DNA of 64,000 nt from Spirochaetota bacterium (GTDB lineage Bacteria; Spirochaetota; UBA4802; UBA5550): NCBI GenBank assembly GCA_963664815.2, contig CAXXHB010000003.1, positions 3,232,001 to 3,296,000 of the forward strand. The letters are read 5' to 3'. The notes below the pieces were generated by a model. That model saw only the letters and a list, made by a program, of their open reading frames with translations. It searched no databases and was not told where the DNA came from. Shown here piece after piece: positions 9,281-17,884 of the stretch. Every line of letters starts with the position of its first letter. Positions within the stretch are counted from its first letter, which is position 1. A program made the translations under genes and the position numbers.

Positions 9281-10344
9281 GAATGTCAACAAGAACCGAT
9301 TGTTCAGCAAAAGAAGCTGCTGTTATCAGAACCACAGCAATTATACTTGCCCTTGTTTCTGTCGCCTTTTTTATATTACTTCTCGGTCATAATCCATTAT
9401 CAGTTTATATTTCCATGATTGAAGGGGCTTTCGGATCAATATACCGAATAACTGAGACTATAAGAAAAGCTATTCCACTGATCATCACATCTCTTGGTAT
9501 TTCCCTGGCATTCAGACTTAAATTCTGGAATATCGGCGCAGAAGGACAGATTATGATGGGAGCGTTCGGCGCCACTTTCTGTGCCCTGAACTTTTCGAGT
9601 TTGCCCCCGTTCATTCTGCTTCCTCTGATGGGATTAGCATCAATAATCTGCGGCGGTATCTGGGGAGCTATCCCTGCATATTTTCGGGCAATGTTCAGGA
9701 CAAATGAAACAATTTTCACCCTTATGATGAATTATATAGCTCTGAAATGGCTTACATATCTTCAATATGGTCCATGGAAAGATCCCGGCGCGCTTGGATT
9801 TCCTAAAATTCCAGGATTTTCGTCAAACGCAATCCTTCCTTCAGTATTCGGCCTTCATATAGGATGGATTATCGCAATGATTCTGATCATAATTATGCAT
9901 GTCTTTGTTAATCACACAAAAAGAGGCTATGAAATAAATGTCGTCGGAGAGAGCGAAAATACAGGACGTTATGCAGGCATGAATGTTAAATTTATTATTA
10001 TTTATACAATTTTTATCAGCGGCGGGTTATGTGGTCTCACTGGCATGATTGAAGCATCTGGAGTAAATAAAACCTTGTCTGTTGAGATAACACGCGGAGT
10101 GGGTTATACTGCGATTATAACAAGCTGGCTTTCATCACTCCGCGCACCTGTTATTGGTCTGGTATGCATACTCTTCGCAGCCATGATTCAGGGCGGTACA
10201 TTTATTCAGATGGCATTTCAAATTCCACAATCAGCAGCCCAGATACTTCAGGGCATGATTCTCTTCTTTGTTCTCGGAAGCGAATTTTTCATAAAATACA
10301 GAATCTCCGTCACAAGTGAAAATAAAAGTGAGGCTGAACAGTAA
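9274..10344 (+). CDS. Nucleoside ABC transporter permease
   Basis: WNIGAEGQ motif, multiple TMs, operon context. Confidence 0.92.
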   Translation: MLRMSTRTDCSAKEAAVIRTTAIILALVSVAFFILLLGHNPLSVYISMIEGAFGSIYRITETIRKAIPLIITSLGISLAFRLKFWNIGAEGQIMMGAFGATFCALNFSSLPPFILLPLMGLASIICGGIWGAIPAYFRAMFRTNETIFTLMMNYIALKWLTYLQYGPWKDPGALGFPKIPGFSSNAILPSVFGLHIGWIIAMILIIIMHVFVNHTKRGYEINVVGESENTGRYAGMNVKFIIIYTIFISGGLCGLTGMIEASGVNKTLSVEITRGVGYTAIITSWLSSLRAPVIGLVCILFAAMIQGGTFIQMAFQIPQSAAQILQGMILFFVLGSEFFIKYRISVTSENKSEAEQ

Positions 10345-11273
10345 TGGATATATCTTTTTTTGCTGCAGCTGTCGTTGCCGGAACTCCTCTTCTCTATGCG
10401 ATTCTCGGGGAGCTTATCACGGAAAAATCCGGACAACTCAATCTCGGTGTTGAGGGTATGATGCTCATGGGTGCTGTCGTAGGATTCAAAACAGCAATTT
10501 TAACGGGTAACCCTTTCCTGTCTCTTGCCGGAGCTATGGCCGCCGGAGGGGCTGGAGCACTTATTTACGCTTTACTCACTGTAACCTTAAGAGCAAACCA
10601 GGTAGTAGCAGGTTTAACACTTACTATCTTCGGTACAGGATTTGCAAGCTTTATGGGACAGGGTCTTATGGGAGAGATTGTCCCCCCTGACATGAAAATT
10701 TTCTTTTCAGATTTCAGAATTCCGGTTTTGGGATATATTCCGGTAATCGGCGATATTTTTTTTAACCAGGGATTCCTCGTCTATGCAGGATATATTCTCA
10801 CAATTGTTTTCGGGATCTATCTTTACAGAACACAGGTTGGATTAAACCTCCGCGCAATTGGAGAAAATACCGCCGCTGCAGACGCAGCCGGAATAAATGT
10901 ATCCCTTTATAAATATATCCATGTAATTATCGGAGGGATACTTTGTGGACTTGCCGGCGCGTACCTTTCGCTTGTATACATTCCTTCATGGCAGGAAAAT
11001 GTCACAGCCGGCAGAGGATGGATAGCTGTTGCTCTTGTTATATTTTGCAGGTGGAATCCATACAGAGTAATGATGGGTGCCTTTTTATTTGGAGGTCTTG
11101 ATATTATAGGATTCAGAATTCAAAAATATGATTTTCATATTTCACAATATATAATTGACCTTTTGCCTTATATTGTGACCATTGTAATTCTTATACTGGT
11201 TTCTGTAAGGAAGTCTCACTCCGGTTCTGCTCCGGCCAGTCTGGGTGTTGCATACTTCAGAGAAGAGAGATGA
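10344..11273 (+). CDS. Nucleoside ABC transporter permease
   Basis: EKSGQLNLGVEGMM, GRGWIAVALV. Confidence 0.92.
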   Translation: MDISFFAAAVVAGTPLLYAILGELITEKSGQLNLGVEGMMLMGAVVGFKTAILTGNPFLSLAGAMAAGGAGALIYALLTVTLRANQVVAGLTLTIFGTGFASFMGQGLMGEIVPPDMKIFFSDFRIPVLGYIPVIGDIFFNQGFLVYAGYILTIVFGIYLYRTQVGLNLRAIGENTAAADAAGINVSLYKYIHVIIGGILCGLAGAYLSLVYIPSWQENVTAGRGWIAVALVIFCRWNPYRVMMGAFLFGGLDIIGFRIQKYDFHISQYIIDLLPYIVTIVILILVSVRKSHSGSAPASLGVAYFREER

Positions 11274-11274
11274 T

Positions 11275-11727
11275 ATGCTTAAAGTTTTTTTAATATATCT
11301 TGTAATGGCTTTCTTAGCCGGCGCTACAGTTCCTCTCCAGGCCGGAATAAATTCACGTCTGAGTTTTTTCAGCGGTTCTCCTGTTATGGCATCAATAATC
11401 TCCTTTCTAACAGGAAGCGTTACACTGATAATTTTTGCCCTTATTTCCAGAACCCCACTTCCTTCTTCCGGTGCATTTACCGGAGCACCATGGTGGATAT
11501 GGACAGGAGGAATTCTGGGAGCATTTTATGTTGCCTCATGTGTTATACTTGCCAACAAGGTTGGAGCGGTATCAATGCTCGCATTAATAATGGCCGGTCA
11601 GATGATAACATCTCTTGTTCTCGATCATTATGGGATTGCAGGATACCAGATACAGCCTGTTAATATATATAAAATTTTAGGAATACTTCTTATGATCGCG
11701 GGGATATTCCTTATTCGATTTTCATGA
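11275..11727 (+). CDS. DMT-family (YdcZ/DUF606) transporter
   Basis: QAGINSRL, PWWIWTGGILGAFYV, GQMITSLVLDHYG. Confidence 0.88.
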   Translation: MLKVFLIYLVMAFLAGATVPLQAGINSRLSFFSGSPVMASIISFLTGSVTLIIFALISRTPLPSSGAFTGAPWWIWTGGILGAFYVASCVILANKVGAVSMLALIMAGQMITSLVLDHYGIAGYQIQPVNIYKILGILLMIAGIFLIRFS

Positions 11728-11736
11728 GGTAAACAT

Positions 11737-12615
11737 ATGCGCTACGAAGGAAATATTTTCAGACCATTCAGTGAAGCGGACAGTTATCTTCTGCAATGTA
11801 CTGTTGGATGTTCTCATAATAAATGTACTTTCTGCGGGATGTATAAAGATAAAAAATACAGAATAAAACCTTTATCAGAAATTAAAGAAGATATTAAACT
11901 TGCAAAAGAATATTATAACGATCTTGACAAAGTATTCCTTTGTGATGGTGATGCTATTGATATAGATACTGATATACTCCTTGAAATACTTGCAGATCTT
12001 AAAAAGGCATTCCCATCCCTGAAACATGTTGGAACATATGCCGGACCGGTAAGTACGCTTAATAAAAGTATGTCTGAACTTTCCGCCTTAAGAGCAGCAG
12101 GACTTGACAAAGCATATCTTGGAGTTGAAACCGGTGACGACAAGCTTCTGCATGAAGTTAATAAAGGGGCTGGTTATACAGAAATGCTACAGGCAGGATT
12201 AAACCTGAAAAATGCCGGGATTAACCTTTCATCAATGGTACTTCTTGGTCTGGCCGGTAAAGGTGAAAGATCCATTGAGCATGCTCTTGCAACTGCAAGA
12301 ATTACAAACGAAATGAAACCCAACTACCTGGCTGCATTAACAGTCACACCAGTTCCCGGCACAATTCTTTTCAACAAAGTACAGAAAGGAGAATTCGAAA
12401 TACTCAACCCATTCGAAACCCTTGAAGAAATGAAAATTATTTTTGAAAATATAACAATCGATAACCTGAAATTCGTTGGAGTTCACGCCTCAAACTATCT
12501 GCCGGTAAATGGAACATTGCAGAAAGATAAACAAAAAATGCTCGACACAATAAACCGGGTTCTTGAAACAAGAGACGAAAGGCTTATAAAGCCGGAAAGG
12601 ATGAGAGGACTTTAA
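11737..12615 (+). CDS. Radical SAM protein of unknown substrate
   Basis: CSHNKCTFC (CX3CX2C), FLCDGDA, HASNYL. Confidence 0.9.
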   Translation: MRYEGNIFRPFSEADSYLLQCTVGCSHNKCTFCGMYKDKKYRIKPLSEIKEDIKLAKEYYNDLDKVFLCDGDAIDIDTDILLEILADLKKAFPSLKHVGTYAGPVSTLNKSMSELSALRAAGLDKAYLGVETGDDKLLHEVNKGAGYTEMLQAGLNLKNAGINLSSMVLLGLAGKGERSIEHALATARITNEMKPNYLAALTVTPVPGTILFNKVQKGEFEILNPFETLEEMKIIFENITIDNLKFVGVHASNYLPVNGTLQKDKQKMLDTINRVLETRDERLIKPERMRGL

Positions 12616-12618
12616 GCT

Positions 12619-12972
12619 CTACCGGTCAAGTAACCCGGTGTAATATGGAACCTTCTTTATACTTATTTCATCCCCCGAACTTTTTAGTCTGATTGAATCC
12701 TCCATAACCACAAATTCTTCATCTATCGGACTGTATTTACAGTAAGTAAATTCATCTTTCACCTGGAATTTTTCATCAAATGCTTTTTCGAAGAAAACTT
12801 TCAATTCATTCATCTTTATTGAATATTGACGCGCTGTTTTAACAAGAATAACCAGTTTTGTTTCAGGAGATTTTATACCATTTCTTGTCTCCAGCAGTAT
12901 TGCAACCTTCCCTTCATTTTTTGCTGCGATAGCCTTATACTCTTTTATTCCCTTCGATCTGAAAAAGCCCAT
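12619..12972 (-). CDS. Hypothetical protein, 117 aa
   Basis: RBS AGGAG upstream; fills the gap between genes. Confidence 0.7.
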   Translation of the reverse strand: MGFFRSKGIKEYKAIAAKNEGKVAILLETRNGIKSPETKLVILVKTARQYSIKMNELKVFFEKAFDEKFQVKDEFTYCKYSPIDEEFVVMEDSIRLKSSGDEISIKKVPYYTGLLDR

Positions 12973-13077
12973 AACAGATCACTCCTGTTAATAATTTTAT
13001 TATTCAATAAATTAATGCGATATGCATTTTAACAACAAAAAAATTTCACTCGTTCTTTAATTTTTCGTATATATATC

Positions 13078-14412
13078 ATGATTGAACTGAACAAACAACA
13101 GATGATTGCGTCAAACCCCAACCGAGGAGTAAGTCTTATAATTGCAGGCGCCGGGACAGGCAAAACAAGCACTATGATTAAAAAAATTCAAAACGTGATT
13201 GAACATTCTATAGTAAAACCTGAAGAAATTCTTATTCTTACATTCAGCATAAAAGCTGCTGAAGATATAAGAAAAAAAATATTAACCAGATTAAATCCAG
13301 ATGATAATATCGGTTTTATCGGAACATTCCATTCTTTCTCTCTAAAAATCCTTAAAGAAAACAGTGATATTTACCTTAAACATCTGGGAAATAATTATTT
13401 CCCATTAATAATAGAAAAAGAAGAAAAAGAAAGAATTTTAAAAAAACTGATAATGAATAAACCGGAAAGATTTCTCGGCTTTCCAGTTGATACTATTTTA
13501 AATCTTTCAGAAAATTTGCAACATATGGATAAAAATACTATAAACAAGCTTAAATCAATTTCATTATTTACTGAAATATCTGTTCTGAAAGAATCCTATG
13601 CAAATTATAAAAAGAAAAACAATTTAATTGAATTCGAGGATATGATATATCATGCTTCGGAAATACTTGAAAAATATCCTGCTTTAAAGCTAAAAATGAA
13701 TAATAAGTATAAATATATTTTCATCGATGAATATCAGGATACATCAGACAACAATTTTCATTTGCTTTCCCTCCTGCTTCCGGACAAAGAAAAAAATTTA
13801 TTTTTAGTGGGTGATGACTTTCAGAGTATTTATAAATTCCGCCACAGCAGAGTTGAATATATTGTCAATGCCAAAAAATTTTTTCCCGAAATTACCCAAT
13901 ACAAACTCACAATAAACTATAGATCTCGAAAAGAAATCATAAAAATTTCAAATAGATTTATACAATTAAATAAATTCCGGACATCAAAAAATATTTCATC
14001 ATATCGTGGTAAGGGTGGAAAAGTAAAATATCATCCAGTCACTGATATGCATCATGAAGCTGAAATAATAAAAGAAATAACAGCTTCCATTCCATTTACC
14101 TCAACATTAGCTGTACTCTACAGAAATAATTATCAAGGAGATTACCTTAAGAACAAACTTGAATCTGTAAATCGTGATAAACCCATTGAATTTATGACAA
14201 TGCATAAATCAAAAGGTCTTGAGTTTGATGTGGTAATAATCGCTGGAATATCAGACAAAATTATTCCTGACAGTACATCTGATATTGAAGAAGAAAGAAG
14301 ATTATTCTATGTTGCATTGACAAGAGCAAGGAACGAGCTTCATCTTATATTTTATAAAAACAGCAATAATAAAATGCCCAGATTTGTAATTGAAACCGGT
14401 CATAGAAAATAA
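13078..14412 (+). CDS. Short UvrD/Rep-family SF1A helicase
   Basis: AGAGTGKT, DEYQD, VGDDFQSIYKFR, NYRS, TMHKSKGLEFD, EERRLFYVALTRAR. Confidence 0.92.
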   Translation: MIELNKQQMIASNPNRGVSLIIAGAGTGKTSTMIKKIQNVIEHSIVKPEEILILTFSIKAAEDIRKKILTRLNPDDNIGFIGTFHSFSLKILKENSDIYLKHLGNNYFPLIIEKEEKERILKKLIMNKPERFLGFPVDTILNLSENLQHMDKNTINKLKSISLFTEISVLKESYANYKKKNNLIEFEDMIYHASEILEKYPALKLKMNNKYKYIFIDEYQDTSDNNFHLLSLLLPDKEKNLFLVGDDFQSIYKFRHSRVEYIVNAKKFFPEITQYKLTINYRSRKEIIKISNRFIQLNKFRTSKNISSYRGKGGKVKYHPVTDMHHEAEIIKEITASIPFTSTLAVLYRNNYQGDYLKNKLESVNRDKPIEFMTMHKSKGLEFDVVIIAGISDKIIPDSTSDIEEERRLFYVALTRARNELHLIFYKNSNNKMPRFVIETGHRK

Positions 14413-14419
14413 TAAAACT

Positions 14420-14581
14420 TCAGGCAACCGTATCAACCTTCTGCCCTTTATTCTCATCCACAGAACGTTCACTTTTTACTTCACGAGTTTGATCAGTAGG
14501 AATCTGTTCGTTTTTCGATGTATATTCCGGTGTAAAATTAGCAGATACAATATCAGCACCTGAAATATTCTGAATTGCCAT
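14420..14581 (-). CDS. Small protein, 53 aa (MAIQNISGADIV...NKGQKVDTVA), absent from the ORF track
   Basis: Translated by hand; RBS GGAG; upstream TTGACT-17 nt-TATTAT. Confidence 0.7.
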   Translation of the reverse strand: MAIQNISGADIVSANFTPEYTSKNEQIPTDQTREVKSERSVDENKGQKVDTVA

Positions 14582-14627
14582 AAAATTTCTCCATTAATCA
14601 ATATAATAATTTACTATTGAGAAAGAG

Positions 14628-14828
14628 TCAAATAAAAAGCTTAAAAATCAGTCTGAATACAGATGTAATAACAGCAGATGAAACAACTGACACTACAACA
14701 ATTTCAATGTCCCTGAAATCGGCATTTACATTTCTTCTTTTAAAAAAATTTAACATTATTTTAGAAACTGCAATGTAGGAAATAACGAATATGGCAGTTT
14801 TAAATAGTATCAGAAAAAAAGAATTCAT
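14628..14828 (-). CDS. Small 2-TM membrane protein, 66 aa
   Basis: Two hydrophobic segments; ATGA overlap with the upstream ORF. Confidence 0.6.
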   Translation of the reverse strand: MNSFFLILFKTAIFVISYIAVSKIMLNFFKRRNVNADFRDIEIVVVSVVSSAVITSVFRLIFKLFI

Positions 14829-15004
14829 AATCTTTTCAAAAGAAATTCAAGTTCTTCCTTCGTACAATCACAATTCGATATCAAGGATTTTTCAATCTCT
14901 TTTTTTAAGTATTTAATGCGCAAAGATACTGAATTGATTTCCTTGATGAAGAAATTATCCGTAAAATCTGGCTTTTCATTTAATATTTTTGACTCACCGG
15001 GCAT
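14825..15004 (-). CDS. Small protein, 59 aa (MPGESKILNEKPDF...EELEFLLKRL), absent from the ORF track
   Basis: Translated by hand; its stop overlaps the next ATG; upstream TTGACT-17 nt-TACATT. Confidence 0.6.
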   Translation of the reverse strand: MPGESKILNEKPDFTDNFFIKEINSVSLRIKYLKKEIEKSLISNCDCTKEELEFLLKRL

Positions 15005-15212
15005 AATAACAATAAAGCTCTCAGGTGTTTATCTAATGTAAAACAAAACAAAATTTGAGTCAAGGAATTAAACCACATTTCATTATTATTAATATTTTTT
15101 AAAAAAGAAGAAATGAAAAAAAATGAACATTCCTTGAATTGAATGTCATGTTTTATATATAAAACAAATTTATCTTATAATAAATACAATAAAATTAGTC
15201 TGGTGCAAATAA

Positions 15213-16688
15213 TCATGAAAAAGAATTCTCTTTTAAAAATTTAACTCTTTCATAAAAAATTTTCATTACAGTATTATAAAGCTCATCTTTCAGCACTTTA
15301 TCTTCAATTCCAAAATCGATACTGGGATTATCATTTACCTCTATCACATAGCATTTATTTCCGATTACTTTCAGATCAACACCGTAAAATCCACGACCTA
15401 TATAACTCGCTGCCTTTAATGCAGTTTTAATTATCTTTTTCGGTACATCACTGATACTTAGTGTTTCATCCTTCCCGGAGTGTTTGTTTGAATTTTTATT
15501 CCTTGACCAGTTGACTATCTGCCAGTGATCCTCTGCCATATAATATTTGCAGACATATAAAGGATACCCATCAATTATTCCGACTCGCCAGTCATAATCA
15601 GTTTTAATAAACTCCTGTGCTATAATAAGATCAGATTTTTCAAGAAGCGAATTTACTTTTACAAAGTATTCACCTCTTGTCTCGACTTTAAGTACCCCCT
15701 GTGAATATGAACTATCCGGTTGTTTCAGAATTAGAGGAAGTTCCATACTGCTCAGAACAAGTTCAAGTGTATCACGACTTATAACAACAGTTTTTGGAGC
15801 GGGAATCCTGTAATGACTTAAAAGCTCGGCAAGGTAAACTTTATTTGTACACTTTATTATCGAATCGGGATCATCCATAACAACAAGACCTTCAGCTGTT
15901 GCGCGCTGAGAAAATCTAAAAGTGTAGTGATTTACACTTGTAGTTTCTCTTATAAAAAGTGCATCAAATTCCGCAATACGATGAATATCGTCTTTATCAA
16001 TCAGTTCAACATTAAATCCGTTTTTTTCTCCTGCTTTTATAAATTTTTCAAGAGCCTTTTTATTCGAGGGTGGAGTCGGTTCATCCGGGTTTACAAGTAT
16101 AGCCATATCATAGGGCGCAGCAGGTCTTCTTTTTTTTCTTGATATTGCTCTTGAAAAATACTGTGTCGCGAATTCAATTACATAATGATGGTGTTCTTCA
16201 GGAATATCGTTAGCAGATATAAGCTGAATATTCTGTATCTTCCATCTCACCCCCTTTCTTGAAAAAAAAACTCTGATTAGTGGGGCCTGAAATAAATTGT
16301 AAAGCTGAAGACAAAGCCGGTCATACCTTTTAGAAATATTTTTCCCGAAATAAATACTCAGCACAAAAGTGTCTGTCTGGATATGTGCAAGACTTCGTTG
16401 TATGCTTTTATCCAGATCTTCAGCAAGTACACGTATAACATACGGTGTCTTCATCTCCTGTATTGTGTTAACATTTGGAAACGCCTTGTGGCCTCTTGCA
16501 GAAGCCAGAAGTGAAACATAATAACCAATGGACTGGTATCTATATGATCTGCAAAGATTAAATATCCTCGCACCCCTCTTGCGGATAAATTCATCCTCAA
16601 GCAAATAATCTCTCGCTGATATTACTTCAACCCCGGGTATATTAAACTGCCAGTTTCTTTTATTATTTACAATGATATAATTAGGCAT
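15213..16688 (-). CDS. RimK-family ATP-grasp ligase with the N-terminal RLAN extension
   Basis: FNLCRSYRYQSIGYYVSLLA..RGH, DALFIRETT, NKVYLAELL, YGVDLK, IEVNDNPSID. Confidence 0.9.
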   Translation of the reverse strand: MPNYIIVNNKRNWQFNIPGVEVISARDYLLEDEFIRKRGARIFNLCRSYRYQSIGYYVSLLASARGHKAFPNVNTIQEMKTPYVIRVLAEDLDKSIQRSLAHIQTDTFVLSIYFGKNISKRYDRLCLQLYNLFQAPLIRVFFSRKGVRWKIQNIQLISANDIPEEHHHYVIEFATQYFSRAISRKKRRPAAPYDMAILVNPDEPTPPSNKKALEKFIKAGEKNGFNVELIDKDDIHRIAEFDALFIRETTSVNHYTFRFSQRATAEGLVVMDDPDSIIKCTNKVYLAELLSHYRIPAPKTVVISRDTLELVLSSMELPLILKQPDSSYSQGVLKVETRGEYFVKVNSLLEKSDLIIAQEFIKTDYDWRVGIIDGYPLYVCKYYMAEDHWQIVNWSRNKNSNKHSGKDETLSISDVPKKIIKTALKAASYIGRGFYGVDLKVIGNKCYVIEVNDNPSIDFGIEDKVLKDELYNTVMKIFYERVKFLKENSFS

Positions 16689-16914
16689 TTGAACCTGTAA
16701 AAATTTATACTACTTCTGCTGTATTAATGAATAATTACAATTAAAAATAAAAAATTTCCATTTAAATTAACTTTTATTTGAATAAAAATATTCTTCTTTT
16801 AAAATTTAACTTTCAAACTATTCAATTTTAAACAAATAATTATGAATTAATATTGACATCAATACATTAAATGTTAAAAATAATTAAATTTAAGATCCTC
16901 GAAGGGGTAGTTTA

Positions 16915-17094
16915 ATGGATAAGGCGATCATGGATTTTATGAGAGAATACCATCTTCTCGTCAGAAACACTATTGTAATTGCCAGCATAGTAATTGGCTT
17001 TATTTGCGTTTCAGGATGTATCAGATTTGGTATTGCTATTTACCGAAGAAAGAAAGGGACTTATCCTCCGGCAACAAGCCAGATGGGGCATTAA
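16915..17094 (+). CDS. Small single-TM protein, 59 aa (MDKAIMDFMREY...RRKKGTYPPATSQMGH), absent from the ORF track
   Basis: RBS AGGGG; TTGACA at 16853; hydrophobic stretch followed by RRKK. Confidence 0.65.
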   Translation: MDKAIMDFMREYHLLVRNTIVIASIVIGFICVSGCIRFGIAIYRRKKGTYPPATSQMGH

Positions 17095-17116
17095 TTCCGG
17101 TCTGATAAAGGTAAAT

Positions 17117-17884
17117 TTGTTTAAAAAAGTAAATTTATTTACATTATCTGTATTAATAATTCTGATATTTTTTATTAATGCGACTTCTGCAGAAACAGGG
17201 ATCCAGGTGATTCCTGTTTCTGATTATGTAACCGGCAGATTTGATCCGTCAAAACATACAGATTTTATCAATTTAAAAAAATCCGGCATACCATGCTCTT
17301 CAGATATGTATCTCCGGAAAGAGACCGTTGAAGCGTTAAAATATATGCTCACTGCCTTCAAAAAGGACAATCCAAAAATTGTTATTACTATCCAGAGCGC
17401 TACAAGAAATTTTTATTCACAAAAAATCATCTGGGATGAAAAATTCAATGGAAAACGCAGAATAAATGAGATACCTGATATTACAAAAATAACAGATTCA
17501 TTAACAAGATCAATGAAAATTCTCAAATATTCATCAATGCCTGGCACTTCACGACATCACTGGGGTACTGATTTTGATATAAACATACTAAATAATAGTT
17601 ATTATGAAAATGGTGAAGGTAAAGTTGTATATCAATGGCTTAAAAATAATGCATTAAAATTCGGATTTTCCCAACCATATACCGAAGGCCGTACTGAAGG
17701 ATATATGGAAGAAAAATGGCACTGGTCATATATTCCACTTTCAAAAATTTTCTTAACCCAATGGAATGAAGTTTATAAAAATAATTCAGCTCAATTTATT
17801 AAACCTGGAATTTTTGCCGGATCAGAAAAAGCAGGACATCTTGCTCCTTTGTATGTTAACTCAATTAATCCGGCATGCAGATGA
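17117..17884 (+). CDS. M15B (VanY-like) D,D-carboxypeptidase, exported
   Basis: SATRNF, SSMPGTSRHHWGTDFD, EEKWHWSY; TTG start 17117 with RBS AAGGT gives a signal peptide. Confidence 0.88.
   Translation: MFKKVNLFTLSVLIILIFFINATSAETGIQVIPVSDYVTGRFDPSKHTDFINLKKSGIPCSSDMYLRKETVEALKYMLTAFKKDNPKIVITIQSATRNFYSQKIIWDEKFNGKRRINEIPDITKITDSLTRSMKILKYSSMPGTSRHHWGTDFDINILNNSYYENGEGKVVYQWLKNNALKFGFSQPYTEGRTEGYMEEKWHWSYIPLSKIFLTQWNEVYKNNSAQFIKPGIFAGSEKAGHLAPLYVNSINPACR

Noticed and set aside
14420-16688. Graspetide RiPP cluster (T/S/K/D/E-rich peptide plus ATP-grasp)
   Set aside because: The ligase is RLAN-RimK type rather than MvdC/D type; no repeated core motif, transporter or protease
16994-17116. N-terminal extension of the M15 peptidase given in the ORF track
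   Set aside because: Overlaps a better-supported 59-aa gene; the TTG at 17117 has an RBS and gives a proper signal peptide
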